The notes below the pieces were generated by a model, which was not told where the DNA came from, made no database searches, and saw only the letters and a program-made list of their open reading frames with translations. Position numbers and translations under genes: made by a program. A stretch of DNA of 64,000 nt from Takakia lepidozioides (Eukaryota; Plantae; Bryophyta), in assembly GCA_030704615.1 (NCBI GenBank), contig CM060731.1, positions 93,372,001 through 93,436,000 on the forward strand, in the 5' to 3' direction. Below, piece by piece: positions 1-12,729 of the stretch (positions are counted from its first letter, which is position 1; every line of letters starts with the position of its first letter).

Positions 1-228
1 GCCTGTCACAGCCCCAAAGGCCACATGTCACAGCCTGTCACAGCCCATCACAACCCCAAAGGCCACAGGCACAGCCTGTCACAGCCCTACAAAGGTCACA
101 GGGTCACAGCCCCAAAGGCCACAGCCTATCACAGCCCCTCATAGCCCCATAGGCCACAGGGCACAGCCTGTCACAGCCCGACACAGGTCACAGGGGTCAC
201 AGCCCCAAAGGCCACAGCCCCTCACAGC
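1..228. repeat. CACAGCCC/AAGGCCAC minisatellite
   Basis: Irregular tandem units 'gcctgtcacagccccaaaggccac'; the same repeat in the same orientation resumes at 12730. Confidence 0.9.
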
Positions 229-290
229 GGGGGCTGCTATTTCATGAGCGGCATGAGCATGAGCGGAAAAAAAAAAAGCATGAGCAGACC
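229..290 (+). other. Element terminus with subterminal CATGAGC repeats
   Basis: GGGGGCTGCTATTT-CATGAGC-GG-CATGAGC-ATGAGC; the first 20 nt match the B right ends. Confidence 0.85.
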
Positions 291-449
291 ATTGTGAGTC
301 CACGGAAATAGGGTTAGGAGGCACGGAAATAGGGTCATGTGAAGTTGGAATGTGGCACCAGTGGACTTGAAATGCAACATTTTATTGCAAATTTTGTGGC
401 AAGCCACGTCTATACAAGTGTGTTCTAACTGTCATAGCCGGAATGGGCA

Positions 450-3400
450 CTACTCTCCTACACCCTCCGAGGAACTTGCCCCACCTTCTTCCTCATCCCC
501 CTCATCCCCCTCATCCTCCGAGCTCTGTGATGCATCAGTTCCACTATGCCTCTCAAAAATCCCGTCCTCTCCTTGGGGGACTGTCCACCTCACCTCCTGG
601 GAATCTTCTGCGTCTTCTCCCCCACTTTCCTCAGCAGAATCCAACACAAATCTACGAGCCCGACGGGCTCTAATAGCTGCTGCCTCCTCCCTCATCTTCA
701 TTTTCTTGAGGCTTGCCTCGTCTAAAATCTGCTGTACACGACTACGTTCGGAACACCTCCTAATGGACACCGAAGCAAGCCGGGCAGCATAAGTAGGAAG
801 GATGTACTCCCTTTCTGGACTAGGCATGAAATCCCCCTGGCAAAAAAAGGCACGTTCCTCCTGCCCATGAACTCCGGTGTAGACGTCCCTCCGGCAGTAC
901 TTGGCATCCTACAGTAAGAACAAATCCACTTCAAGAATGTCAATACCAGCACAAGCAGAAATGGTTTTCAATGAAATAAGAGAGCGGAGGGAGGTGCCTC
1001 ACAAAATCTGGAGGCAACTTACAATGCCACCACTCACTCGTAAACCGGGGGCTCCTCGGCCTCGATCCCAACTTCCTCCCCCTGCTCCTTCTCGGATTTT
1101 TCCTCATCCTCCGAGGATGCCTCTTCCTCTTTCGGCAGACGTTCAGCCGCTGCAAGTTCCGAGTTGTGGAGGGCAGTATCTGGCTCGAAGGCGAACACAT
1201 GCCTGCCGGATAACGTCCCTGCCCACATTAAAGCACCTGAGGAACAAAGCGGGCGGTTAATAGCTTGCGGCATGCAATTGCAATGGGGCCAGGGGACAAA
1301 CTGAGCACGTGAAGGCTTACCCGTGCCGCATGTGAGGTCCAGAATCCGCCCTTGGACATCCGAGCACGTCTCCATGAGGGTTTGGATGAAAGCAGGGCTC
1401 CGGGTCCGGCTGTACCGCCACGGTTTGCCTGTCTTTGTGTCCTTCGGCATACTAGAGTGGGGCACATAGTTGTAGAGGACATCGTAGGTTACAGGGTCCA
1501 CAGCGGCATCAACAAGACGACCGTCGTTGCGGAATTTGAACGTAGACCCTCTCTTCACAAAGCAATATGCCTGAAACACCAATGTCTGCACATCCAACAA
1601 AGAAGGGATCAATTCCAGGGTCTACTTAACATACACCACAATATGAAGTGAATGCAATAGATTGATAACTTACACTTTGGCCCTCTGTTCGCAACCCCTG
1701 CGTACTGATGCAGAACCATTTTCTGAGGAGGACTGGGGTGACACTTTTCGGTGTCCACCTTGCCACCGCATTCTCTGTGGTCTTCCCTCTCGTGGCAAGG
1801 ACAACCACACATCCACCGTCATCCAAAAGCATCCCCGCCAGCCCAAACCCGGCTTTCCAGTAGTCCTCAGTAAACCTGTTCCAGGTGGGCACACCATCCA
1901 GGCCCTCCAGCAGCTCCCCATCTGGAATGTCGAGGAGAATCATGTCGCAAGCTCTCTCCACCTCAACCCCCCCCCCGAGTGCTCTTGCAATTCGTGCTCA
2001 CAGCCGTGAAGAATTCCATCATGGCTTCAAAACCAGGGGTGTCTTTAGGCTCTGTACCGGCAGCCCTCTTCTTGGCTTTCCCCTTCTGCTCCGCCAGAGA
2101 CTTGTTGTGTGCCACCTTCTTCGCCCTGGCAGCGAGAGCGTCAAGGAAGCTCTCATTGACGCATTGGATGATGGTTGGAGGTTCTAGCTTTGGCCTGTGC
2201 GTAAACGTCACCGCCGAATACCGCCATGTAGGCTCGCCCTCAAATGCCAACTTCTTGGCAGAGCCAGTCCCACTCCGAACTGACTTGGGAACCCGGACGA
2301 CCGGTGATTGGGTAGGAGCAACAGCAGTCACAGGACCTTGAACAAAATCGGCGTCGGAGTCACTCTCTTGGGTCCCCTCCTGCGCCTCCTCCGATGCCCC
2401 GATGGTTTTCTTCTTTTTGGGTGTTACTGCAGTCACCTGTTTCCTTGTCCTTTTCCTTTGACCTTTACTCTTCTCATGCAATTTCTCCTGAATTCCTGCC
2501 TGAGCAAGCTCTGCCGCTTTCCTGGAGTTCGCAAGCGCTTTTGCCTCTTTTGCACCCAACGGAGGCAGCGGAGCCCGGTTTCGTCGGAATTCAGCATCCA
2601 GCTTCAATTGAAACTCGGATGGGTCGAGCGAGCCGGGCGGAAGGTCCACATACCAAGGGCAATCACGCAAATGTTCCAGATGCCACTCCTTCACAATATC
2701 GTCAGTGTACATGGAGTCAGCCCCAGGGTTCCTCCATGCCAGGAAGAATGGTGGCTCGAAAGACAGATGACCTTTCTCCAAAAGAGAGAACTTACAGTAC
2801 CTGCATTCATGAAAAACACAATGAGGTCCGAAAATGGCTAAGTCCCTGAACGGCAATAGGGCCTACAACTGGAATATGGCGCCGAATTTCCACTTCAGGG
2901 CCACCCAGTCTAGGGACTTAGCCCGAAAATGGCTAAGTCCCTGAACGGCAATACGGCCTGGAACTGGAAAATGGCGCCGAATTTCCAGTTCAGGGCCACC
3001 CAGTCTAGGGACTTAGCCCGAAAATGGCTAAGTCCCTGAACGGCAATAGGGCCTAAAACTGAAATATGGCGCCGAATTTCCACTTCAGGGCCAGCCAGTC
3101 TAGGGACTTAGCCCGAAAATGGCTAAGTCCCTGAACGGCAATAGGGCCTACAACTGGAAAATGGCGCCGAATTTCCAGTTCAGGGCCAGCCAGTCTAGGG
3201 ACTTAGCCCGAAAATGGCTAAGTCCCTGGACGGCAATAGGGCCTAGAACTGGAAAACGGCGCCGAATTTCCAGTTCCGGGCCAGCCACACTAGGGACTTA
3301 GGCCGAAAATGGCTAAGTCCCTGAACGGCAATAGGGCCTAAAACTGGAATATGGCGCCGAATTTCCACTTCAGGGCCAGCCAGTCTAGGGACTTAGCCGA

Positions 3401-6400
3401 AAATGGCTAAGTCCCTGAACGGCAATAGGGCCTGGAACTGGAAAATGGCGCCGAATTTCCAGTTCAGGGCCAGCCAGTCTAGGGACTTAGCCCGAAAATG
3501 GCTAAGTCCCTGGACGGCAATAGGGCCTAGAACTGGAAAACGGCGCCGAATTTCCAGTTCCGGGCCAGCCACACTAGGGACTTAGGCCGAAAATGGCTAA
3601 GTCCCTGAACGGCAATAGGGCCTAAAACTGGAATATGGCGCCGAATTTCCACTTCAGGGCCAGCCAGTCTAGGGACTTAGGCCGAAAATGGCTAAGTCCC
3701 TGAACGGCAATAGGGCCTGGAACTGGAAAATGGCGCCGAATTTCCAGTTCCGGGCTAGCCAGTCTAGGGACTTAGCCATTTTCGGAGCCCTGACTGGAAA
3801 TTCGGCGCCATTTTCCCTAACACCACTTGAGGCCTCTAACATCCTGAAATGCCAGGACTTGAAAGAAAGGCAGCGCGTATGTACCTGTACAGAAGGCGCA
3901 TTGCTGCTTTGTCCGCGTTCGGCTGGTCGGTGAACTCGTGGCTCCGGCGAGCATCTGCTATCTCCCGAAAGAATAGGTTGGTTTTGTAGAGCAGAAAGTA
4001 CCTCGTCACATAGTCACGTAGGCTCTCTGCTGCAGGAGATATCTCCATCTTGAACTGATGTGCTTGTGTGTCCAGTTGCTCTTGCGCATTCGTCGTCACC
4101 TGTGGAGATTGTCCATCAGATCGCTTTCCTCAAAAAATACAATGAATCCACCCCCTACTAGAGTAGAAGCCCCAAACGAAGCGTGGGGAAGTACCTGAAA
4201 CCACCATGTCATGCGGTTCATCCACATGTCGAATGTGGGGTCAGAGAGTTTGTCCGGTTTGGGGAAGCTCCACATGTCCCTGGTACTTTGGGAACCATTC
4301 CAGATTTGGAGCCACCGGGTCTGTCCAACCACCCAGCATATTCGTAAGCGCCAAACACCACAAAAAGGAGTTGTTGCCACCACAATTTTGTTAAGAATGT
4401 ATCACCTTTTCTGTTGCATCCACACAGGATGGGCTAGACGATGGAGCTTCTCCAATGTCATCGTGGGCTTCAGAGCGCGAGAGTAGTGCTTCCCCACCTC
4501 CACCAGAAAGTCGGCACCAAGGGCGGGATCAGCTATGGCCACGTACTTTACCATCCGCGACTTGTACTTTATGCGGGCCCTCACCTCCGCAGCTTTGACA
4601 TACGATTCGAAATCCGGGAGGGTTGGATTCTTCTCCTCTGACTCCATGTAGAACCTCCGCGCATGTGCCAAATCCTGCTGTATTTTCGTCTGTCAAGAAT
4701 GCGCACATAAGATTAGAGATCCTGCTCAACACAATTTCTTCTATTGGGGGAGGAGAGACAGATTAGCTCAACAAAACTGTCAGGAGCTTTACCCGAAATA
4801 TGTAGTCCACCATGGCGTTGACGCTCAGCCTATACCACGTTCTGTCTGCCTTTGCCTCCGACTTGCGCAGGAGGTCGGCACTGAGGGAATTGGCAAACTC
4901 TTGCACCCCCTGCTTCCCGACATCCTTCACTCGGAAGAGCATATGGGACAAGTTGGTGGCAATGAAGGCATTCTCAGTCACCCTGCAGTGCCACATTTCC
5001 ATCAAACAATACTGAAATGGGAATTTTCATCATATATGAGGATTCGCAATGAAATGACTTCCAAATTCAAAGTCCAAAAGCGAGAGGGGTTGTAGCTTAC
5101 GAGTTGATGTCGGCCATTGCAGCTTTGAGAAGACTGCGATCTTTGGGCCCCGCAACCTTCAGCACAACACAATCGACGGCGAAATGCCAATCGAGATCGT
5201 TGGGGTGGGCTTGGGCAATGTGCTCCATCCATGCCAGGAGGCGATGATTGCCGTCCCACACGTAGAACATCTTACCGGACATGTGCTGGAAAAGAGGATC
5301 ACTAGCAATCGATCTCTCGAACTCCTCATTTCGCGTTTGCCAATGGGGACCCCATTTGTCCACCTCATCGGAAGTGTGGGCACGGGAAGCTCCGTGGCCG
5401 TTCTCAATGGAAACGTAAAAGGCGGCAGACCCCATTCGATATCCATCCCGGAAAGAGAATTTCAGCTTGTCGATATCGCCTGGGAGGGCAGGTCTCACCA
5501 CCTGCAATGACACCAAGCGGCAAAGGGGAATTCGAAGCTTGGCCGGGTACACCATGCCCCCCAGCACCCTGCCAATGTTGCTGTGGGTTGCCTCCAACAT
5601 CTTGGCAGCGGCCAACTTCATATCCGCCTCAGACATGACGTCTGCTGCAGAGGGGTTTTCCGGCAGCCCACCAGGACCGCCAAATCCAGCCTGTATGCTC
5701 CGGGTTTGGGGCCTGGGGATGTCCGGGAGGATGTCATCCTGGTCAGAAACCTCCATGTCGTCCTCCTCAATAGGGTCAGCCACCTGCGAAACCACCTCCA
5801 GCACTCTCGTCGTCTCTACTGCCCTCTCCCTGGCTTCACCTCGAACTTGCACAATCCGTGCTCTTTCAGGTGTTCTTTCCTCTCCTCCACTCTCCACCGT
5901 ATGGGTAATTGCGGGGGCTGCTCTTGCCCGCGATGGTCTAACCGGTGTGCTACTGCCTCTCTGTGGTGTCTTGTAGGGATCCACCGTCTCTGTGGGTCCC
6001 TCGCTTACATTGGCATCTGTCATTTGGGCACCCCTGGCCTCTTCAGCTGCCTTTTGTCTTTCCTCCTGGCTAGCATTCTGTCTCGTCTGTTCTTTTGCCC
6101 TCTCTTTTGCCCTCTCACGGGCTTTCTGTTTCTTACTAGGGCTAGCAGCAGGGGAGCCCTCCAGGACGACCACCTTTGATTGAGGCGAACTGACACCCTC
6201 GCGCGCACTGCTCACTCCCCCCTCCGCAGCCCGTGACTGCTCTCTCGCCGGGGATTGCATGTGCTTAGCTTTCTTCTTTTTCTTTGCGTGGGCGGGCCCT
6301 ACTGCATGTGCATGAACAACCTCCATTGCCGGATCTGCTGTCCTCATGTCCTCACGCCCTTCACCTGCCATGCCGCCTGCACCAACCTCCCCAATGCCTA

Positions 6401-6566
6401 CTCTGTCGTAATCTCGTTGCAAGTCCTCCCGTCCACCAACAAAAGGTTTAAGTTTGCCCTCTCGCCCCAAGTTGGGCGATTCAAACATGCGATGAGTTGG
6501 AGCTGTCGATGATACCACCAGCGTGCCGGGCTCGTCGCCAAAAAGATCTCTTTTTTTGGGGTACAT
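450..6566 (-). CDS. Multi-exon ParB/Srx-like domain + N4C/N6A DNA methyltransferase-like fusion protein (subfamily A; frameshift near 1965; start uncertain)
   Basis: ORF 5097-6566 has KLRIPLCRL...VRPAL...FYVWDGNHRLLAW (ParB/Srx GxHR motif). ORF 1626-1961 has CDMILLDIPDG (motif IV position). ORF 1034-1612 has RSPAFIQTLMETCSDVQGRILDLTCGTG...GRHVFAFEPD (motifs X, I, II). GT-AG intron 3884..2802. Exon series conserved in B copies. Confidence 0.75.
2828..3815. repeat. ~10 copies of a 95-bp tandem repeat inside an intron of the ParB-MTase-like gene
   Basis: Units start at 2828, 2923, 3018, 3113, 3208...; each carries GGCGCCGAATTTCC and the inverted arms GGCTAAGTCCCT/AGGGACTTAGCC. Confidence 0.95.
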
Positions 6567-6737
6567 GCCTGGAATACCATGTTAAGCCAAGTTTAGCATG
6601 ACATTTAGGGTACGTGTCCAGGAAGCCATGCGTCGCCAGCCCGAATAATAACCGACGGCCGTCGACATTTATTGCCCAACTGCGCAATTAAATGTCGGAT
6701 GAAGCCCTCCATGTCGGATGAAAATCGACGTAAACAG

Positions 6738-8805
6738 TCCCGGAATTTCCAACGTAGAGGTAATTCGGAGCGCTGCACGATGGAATTCCGGCGCCGGATT
6801 TCCATCCTGCAGGTAATTCGGAGCGCAGCAGGATGGATATCCGGCGCCGAATTTCCATCCGCGGAGGAAGGGCGGCACTGGAAATTTCCCTCACGCAGGT
6901 AATTCGGAAGCGCGCGGATGGAAATCCGGCGACGAATTTCCATCCAGCCAGGTAGGGCGGCGCTGGAAATTTCCCTCAAGCAGGTAATTCGGAAGCGCTC
7001 GATGGAAATCCGGCGCCGAATTTCCATCCGCGGAGGTAGGGCGGCGCGCCGAATTTCCCTCACGCGGGTAATTCGGTGCCGAATTTCCATCCTGCAGGTA
7101 AGTGGAATCCCGGATAAATGAAAATTCGGCGCCGAATTTCCATCCTGCAGGTAATTCGAATACCGGATGAATGGAAATTCGGCGCCGAATTTCCGTCCAG
7201 CAGGTGATTCGAATCCCGGATGAATGAAAATTCGGCGCCGAATTTCCATCCTGCAGGTAATTCGAATACCGGATGAATGGAAATTCGGCGCCGAATTTCC
7301 GTCCAGCAGGTGATTCGAATCCCGATGAATGGAAATTCGGCGCCGAATTTCCATCCAGCAGGTAAGTCGGATCGGTGCCGTATGGATATTCGGCGCGAAT
7401 TTCCATTCGCCAAGTATTCTGAGCGAGGAATTACCTTCGTGCAGGTAATTCCCAGATGAGAATTACCTTCCTGCAGGTAATTCGTCGATCAGAATTACCT
7501 TCGTGCAGGTAATTCTGGACGAGGGATTAACATCCTACCGGCATCGATTGGAATTACCTGCAGGAAGGTAATTCTCGTCTGGAAATTACCTGCACGAAGG
7601 TAATTCTCATCTGGGAATTACCTGCAGGAAGGTAATTCTGAGCGATGAAATACATGACAAATGGAAATTCGGCGCCGAATATCCATACGCCACCGATCCG
7701 ACTTACCTGCTGGATGGAAATTCGGCGCCGAATTTCCATTCATCCGGGATTCGAATTACCTGCAGGATGGAAATTCGGCGCCGAATTTCCATTTATCCGG
7801 GATTCCACTTACCTGCTGGATGGAAATTCGGCGCCGAATTTCCATTCATCCGGTATTCGAATTACCTGCAGGATGGAAATTCGGCGCCGAATCGCCATCC
7901 ATTCGAGATTCCACTTACCTGCTGGATGGAAATTCGGCGCCGAATTTCCATTCATCCGGGATTCGAATTACCTGCAGGATGGAAATTCGGCGCCGAATCT
8001 CCATCATCCGAGATTCCACTTACTGCTGGATGGAAATTCGGCGCCGAATTTCCATTCATCCGGTATTCGAATTACCTGCAGGATGGAAATTCGGCGCCGA
8101 ATCTCCATCCATCCGGGATTCCACTTACCTGCTGGATGGAAATTCGGCGCCGAATTTCCATCCGTGGGATGGTCTCTGTCGGAGAGGTGCCGCCTCTCCG
8201 CCGCTCTGTTGGATATTCGGTGCCGAATTTCCGTCCCGGGGGTTGAAATATGACGGCCAGGTGCCGACCTCTCCCTTCTCCCCGACTGCATTGGAACGGC
8301 CCCGAATTGAAATTCGGCGCCGTTTTCCCATCTGGGGAGGTTTTTATGTCGGCCAGTTTTCGGTCTGACCCCCCGACAAGACTTCCTTTGAGGGGCCCGG
8401 ATGGAAATTCGGCGCCGAATCTCCATCCAGGGGATGTTCTCTGTCGCACACTCGCCGGCCTTTGCGCCCGAGGCGACTTCATCCGGGCGTCCCCTGTTCG
8501 ATATTCGGTGCCGAATTTCCGTCGGGGGTTGAAATGTGACGGCCAAGTGCTGGCCACTCCCCCTCCCCGACTGCATCCGAACTGCCCCGGATGGAAATTC
8601 GGCGCCGTTTTCCGTCTGGGGATGTTTTTATGCCGTCCAGTTTTCGGCCTGACCCCCGACACGACTCCCTTTGGGGGGCCTGGATGGAAATTCGGCGCCG
8701 AATCTTCATCCAGGGGATGTTCTCTGTCGCACACACTCCGGCCTCTGCGCCCGAGGTGACTTCATCCGGGCTTCCTCTGTTGGATATTGGGTGCCGAATT
8801 TCCAT
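6738..8805. repeat. Intergenic array of the palindrome GGAAATTCGGCGCCGAATTTCC (subfamily A), organised as a large inverted repeat centred near 7535
   Basis: ~53-bp period at 7712-8160; 32-bp GAATTACC..GGTAATTC units at 7428/7460/7492, mirrored at 7551-7640; ~283-bp higher-order units at 8399/8681. Confidence 0.95.
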
Positions 8806-9106
8806 TCGGGGGTAGTAATGTGACGGCACGGTGCCGGCTTCTCCCCTTCAGCCGTCATCATCCGGACGGCCCCCCACTTTCTGACTGCATACCGTTGGCA
8901 GTTATTGCGCAAAGACGAGGGGCCGCATTCCGGAGACAAGGTTCATTAACACTCTGACTGTGGATTTTGAGATAGTTGGCTCCCTGGATTTGGATCAGGC
9001 TTCGTCGCTCGACAAATCAGCATCGCATTCATTCCCATCGCTACACCCCCTTCTACCAGGGAGCTTCCCCGCACGCCATCCTGGCAGTCTTGTGTGCACA
9101 TCTCCC

Positions 9107-12100
9107 ATGGCGGAAAACCGAGCGCTACAGTGTACTGCCCTCCTCACGAGCATAGAGCTTCATTTCCGTGCAGAGGGGACACCTGCCGGGTGATGGAGAA
9201 ATATCTGTGCGTTCGATACCACCTGAAACCGGGGTCGGTTTTTTTGGAGGAGGAAAGGAATGACTCAAACGGCCTTGTTGTCGAGAGTATTGTTGTGCTC
9301 CACGATGATTTCGGCGATGGCAGGGAATGGCGAGTTCCACCATCGGACAGCGTCATATACAGGGCTGTTGGGGACTTCATTTGCCCGCCAAATGCACCGT
9401 CTATCCTGGCGCCTTCCACGAAACAATCCGCGAATCAGAGAGTGGGTACCTCAAAGAGAGAAGTCCGCAACGAAGTAAATCTAGAGCCGAACCCATCCAT
9501 GAAGACGACCGAGAACCGGGTTGTTCACAACCTGTCCGACTCAGACGAGGTCATGGAAGTTCCGAGGTCGTCCTGGAGATCAGGCAAGTCCTCAATGGAC
9601 GTCAGTGGAGGAGGGAGTCATATTCCCAGCACGAGCACCGCAGTTCGATCTATTCTAGAAATTCTGCGAGGGCTTCACCTGGAAGGACACCGGTCGGAGC
9701 TGGCCGGGCTGGACTACAGCAAGTTCGCAATTAAATCGGTTACATGCCTTCCCGCTGACGTCGACGGTAATATCTTCTTTGAGTTCCCTCCTCGGGCGGA
9801 CTACTCGAGGGCGTCCGGAATGTTGACAGATATGGATAGAAAACATGACGGTCATCCTTGGTGCGTTACCAAAACCACCAGCATGAAGATGCTTGATGGT
9901 GTGCGGGTGCGCTACGTTGTTTGTGCGGCGCGTTGCGGTGTTTCTCCCCAACTTGCTTCCACTTTAAATCCAGAGGTCACAGGAACGAGACCGATTGGAC
10001 AGGCACAGCTCACCAACCATTTCGAGCTCAGGAGAAGGTTCCGAACTCCACATTTAAGTGTGCGCATTGCAAAGAACCACCACACTGCATGTCTGTTTGT
10101 AATGCCAAGCAGTTCTATGTGTTGCACCGTTTCCTGACCTCACCCGAGCTTGCATACACGTTGGTTCCCATTGTCACAAATTGGTGAGGGGGAACTCGCG
10201 GGAGGCTGCCCACAAAGCAGAGCAGCTCATTCAGGAGGAGGTTAAGTTGAGACCGGGTGCCAAACCCAAACAGATACAGCTCCAAGCCGCCCATAAGATG
10301 GCATTGGCCAGAATTATGTCGGAAGACGGCTCCGATAGAGTTCCTCTCGACGAGAAGGAAATGGAGGCATTGCTGGAGTCGGTGTCCACGTATGTTCACC
10401 GAATGTCCGAAACCACATTGTCTCATGCAAACAGAAAATTGGGCGTGGCTCGGATATGCACTCCATTCTGGAGGTGAAGCGACGATGTGGATATGACTAC
10501 ATTCATGGAAGTAGGTTTCCAGGACAAGGGACTGAGGCAGATCGTTGTTTCGTATTCAAAATGTCCACGTGTGGACCTGGCAGTGGCGTCGAACTGGTCG
10601 ACAGGATGACGAGTGGGAACTTGTCAAACAGTTGGGTCATGTTCGACCATATCAAGCGAATTACAAATCACCAGTGGTGACAATGGGTGCACATGTCTAC
10701 GACACCCACTGCAGGATGCTAATGACAATTGCTATTTGTGAGATGAAAGGAGAGGACACACAATCGGAGATGCTTCTTTGGCAGGGAATAAACGAACAGA
10801 TGGCCAAGGCGGGATTGCCCCCTCCCAATTTCGTGGTTTCATGGCGGACAACGCACAAGCAAATTGGGCTGCCATCCGAAGGGTGTACGGGCAAGACCCC
10901 AATGTTCCCATGGAAGGCAAGGAGAGATCTTGTGGGTTCCATTTTCTGCAGAGCCTTTCGCAGTACACAACCAGGCTCGTGGCGCCAGATTTCAGAGATG
11001 AGCACCGTTCCATGTGCCTTGCGTGGAAGCGCGCTCCCACCTGGATGATGCAGAGACACAGTTTGCATGCATACGGGCTTGGTGGACATCGTCAGGTGCT
11101 GTAAGGAAATCAGACGAAGGAGCAATGGTCAGTGGCTAGCATGGTGGCATTATCGTTTCCTCCAGTTCGGCGACTATATGCGGGAGGTGAGTTGCACGAA
11201 TTCGCGTCCGTTGGATATTATTCTTGGCCATATTTGTAACTTGCTTGTAACCTGAACATGTGCTTGTGCAGGAAATGTGTCTCGACTCCGACACCGACAT
11301 GCCCACGACAAACATGGCCGAATCAGTGCACTCTTCCTGGCGTGCCTCCTCTGCGGCGCATCTGGTGGACATCCTCACTGCCACAACGGAGGACATTGTG
11401 AGGTCAATTATGCAGCAATGCAGGTACAACGAGTTCTTGAAAGGGAAACAGTGGGGCTGGGGCCGGACAGGCAGGAAATGCTGATGCGGACTGCCTCCAG
11501 ATCGAAGAATCCTCGGAAGTGGGCGGCGGCCTTGCGAGAGGGCCTTCGGGACACGCCATTGCTGCGAAGAGGCCAACATTTGGAAGGAGATGTTCATACC
11601 CGTCCAGTGAGACGAAGACTTGACGAGGCACCTGGCGGAGAAGAGGATTCATGGCGAGCTGACAAGAATATTCGCACGCTCCCTCGTGGTCTGGTGATGT
11701 TGTCCGAGGAGGTCTCGTCGAGCACCGGAAGTCCTGCACGTTCAAGATCGCCATCTCCTTTGAGCACAGGGCGCGTGCCCCGGCAACATAACGAGCCATC
11801 TGTAGTAAAGCAATACAACATTCCCATTGTGGAGACAAGAGTGTCGGAGTCACAGTGGAGAATTGCGAGGACATTGCCGGCATTTCGAGGGAAGTGTTGC
11901 GCCATCCGGGTGGATACGAGAGCACGCTGTGGTGAGATGATTCGGAGGAACCCACACGGTGCTGTACCTGCACCTTGTTTCAGCGGCAGATTTTTGACTC
12001 CCACATTTGCTCACGCCACAACGCAGACATTTTGGTTCTGTAGGCACGACATAATGACCTGTGTATTTGGCAAGCCCAAGTACGGGATTCAGGGAATGCC

Positions 12101-12690
12101 GGAGCCTCCGGGCGTCTGGCCTGTTGCAACCGGGTTGCAGCCTCTCTTAGAATGAGGCGGATGCTCTATCTGCAGCAGGATTTCGAATGGTGCAACGCAC
12201 AGACATCCCGGCCCACGCATTTCCGGTTCCTCAGACCCAGCCATTGCAGACTGCTCGGTCCAGTAGAGACGGATTGGACAATTCTGCACATCCCACAATG
12301 CGATTCGGAAGAGTGAAGAGACGACACCCTCCCAACAAGTTGAATGAGACTCGGATTGCCAATGCTCTTGGGATGGCTTGCACTATTCAGAGCTCCGTGG
12401 ACGTACCCCCACCCGGCTTTGGGCGTGTGTATCGGATGGCAACGGCCGGCTCGGCTGTACGCGACGATGTATACACAATTACGATTGGAGTGGAGCCGAC
12501 TTGCAACTGTACGGACTTCTCGTTGATGGAAGCAAAGAAGGGTTCGAAGTATTATCCGTGCAAGCATCTGTATTACATTTACCTGAAGAGGTTGAGGATG
12601 AACGTGACTATTGATGACTTTATTCATGCACCGGCGTTGAGCGTGAACGAGCTGCACAAACTCCTCCTTAGGGATTCCAGAAATCATTGA
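9107..12690 (+). CDS. Mutator-like (MULE) DDE transposase with GCM/WRKY-like N-terminal Zn region and C-terminal SWIM finger (frameshifted)
   Basis: WVMFDHIKR (first D), FMADNAQANWAAIRRVYG...ERSCGFH (second D + CxxH), TNMAESVHSSW (E), PTCNCTDF...YPCKH (SWIM); intron ~11187-11270. Confidence 0.75.
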
Positions 12691-12729
12691 TGGGGCAAAC
12701 GGAATCCTCCATATGGATATTTTCAAATG

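Noticed and set aside
1-228. Minisatellites at 1-228 and 12730-13155 as TIRs of element A
   Set aside because: They are in direct orientation and absent from B; the true terminus starts at 229
5097-6566. Bacterial parABS contamination
   Set aside because: The gene has GT-AG introns, there is no ParA, and it is interleaved with plant retrotransposons
6738-8805. CRISPR-like look of regularly spaced palindromes (also 21580-23147)
   Set aside because: Spacers are themselves repeated, there are no cas genes, and the context is eukaryotic with introns
6605-8939. Many overlapping ORFs (MEIRRRIS/WKFGAEFP; MRCRISV/KCGAAFP in B arrays)
   Set aside because: Translations of a stop-poor palindromic repeat in all frames on both strands; not credible proteins
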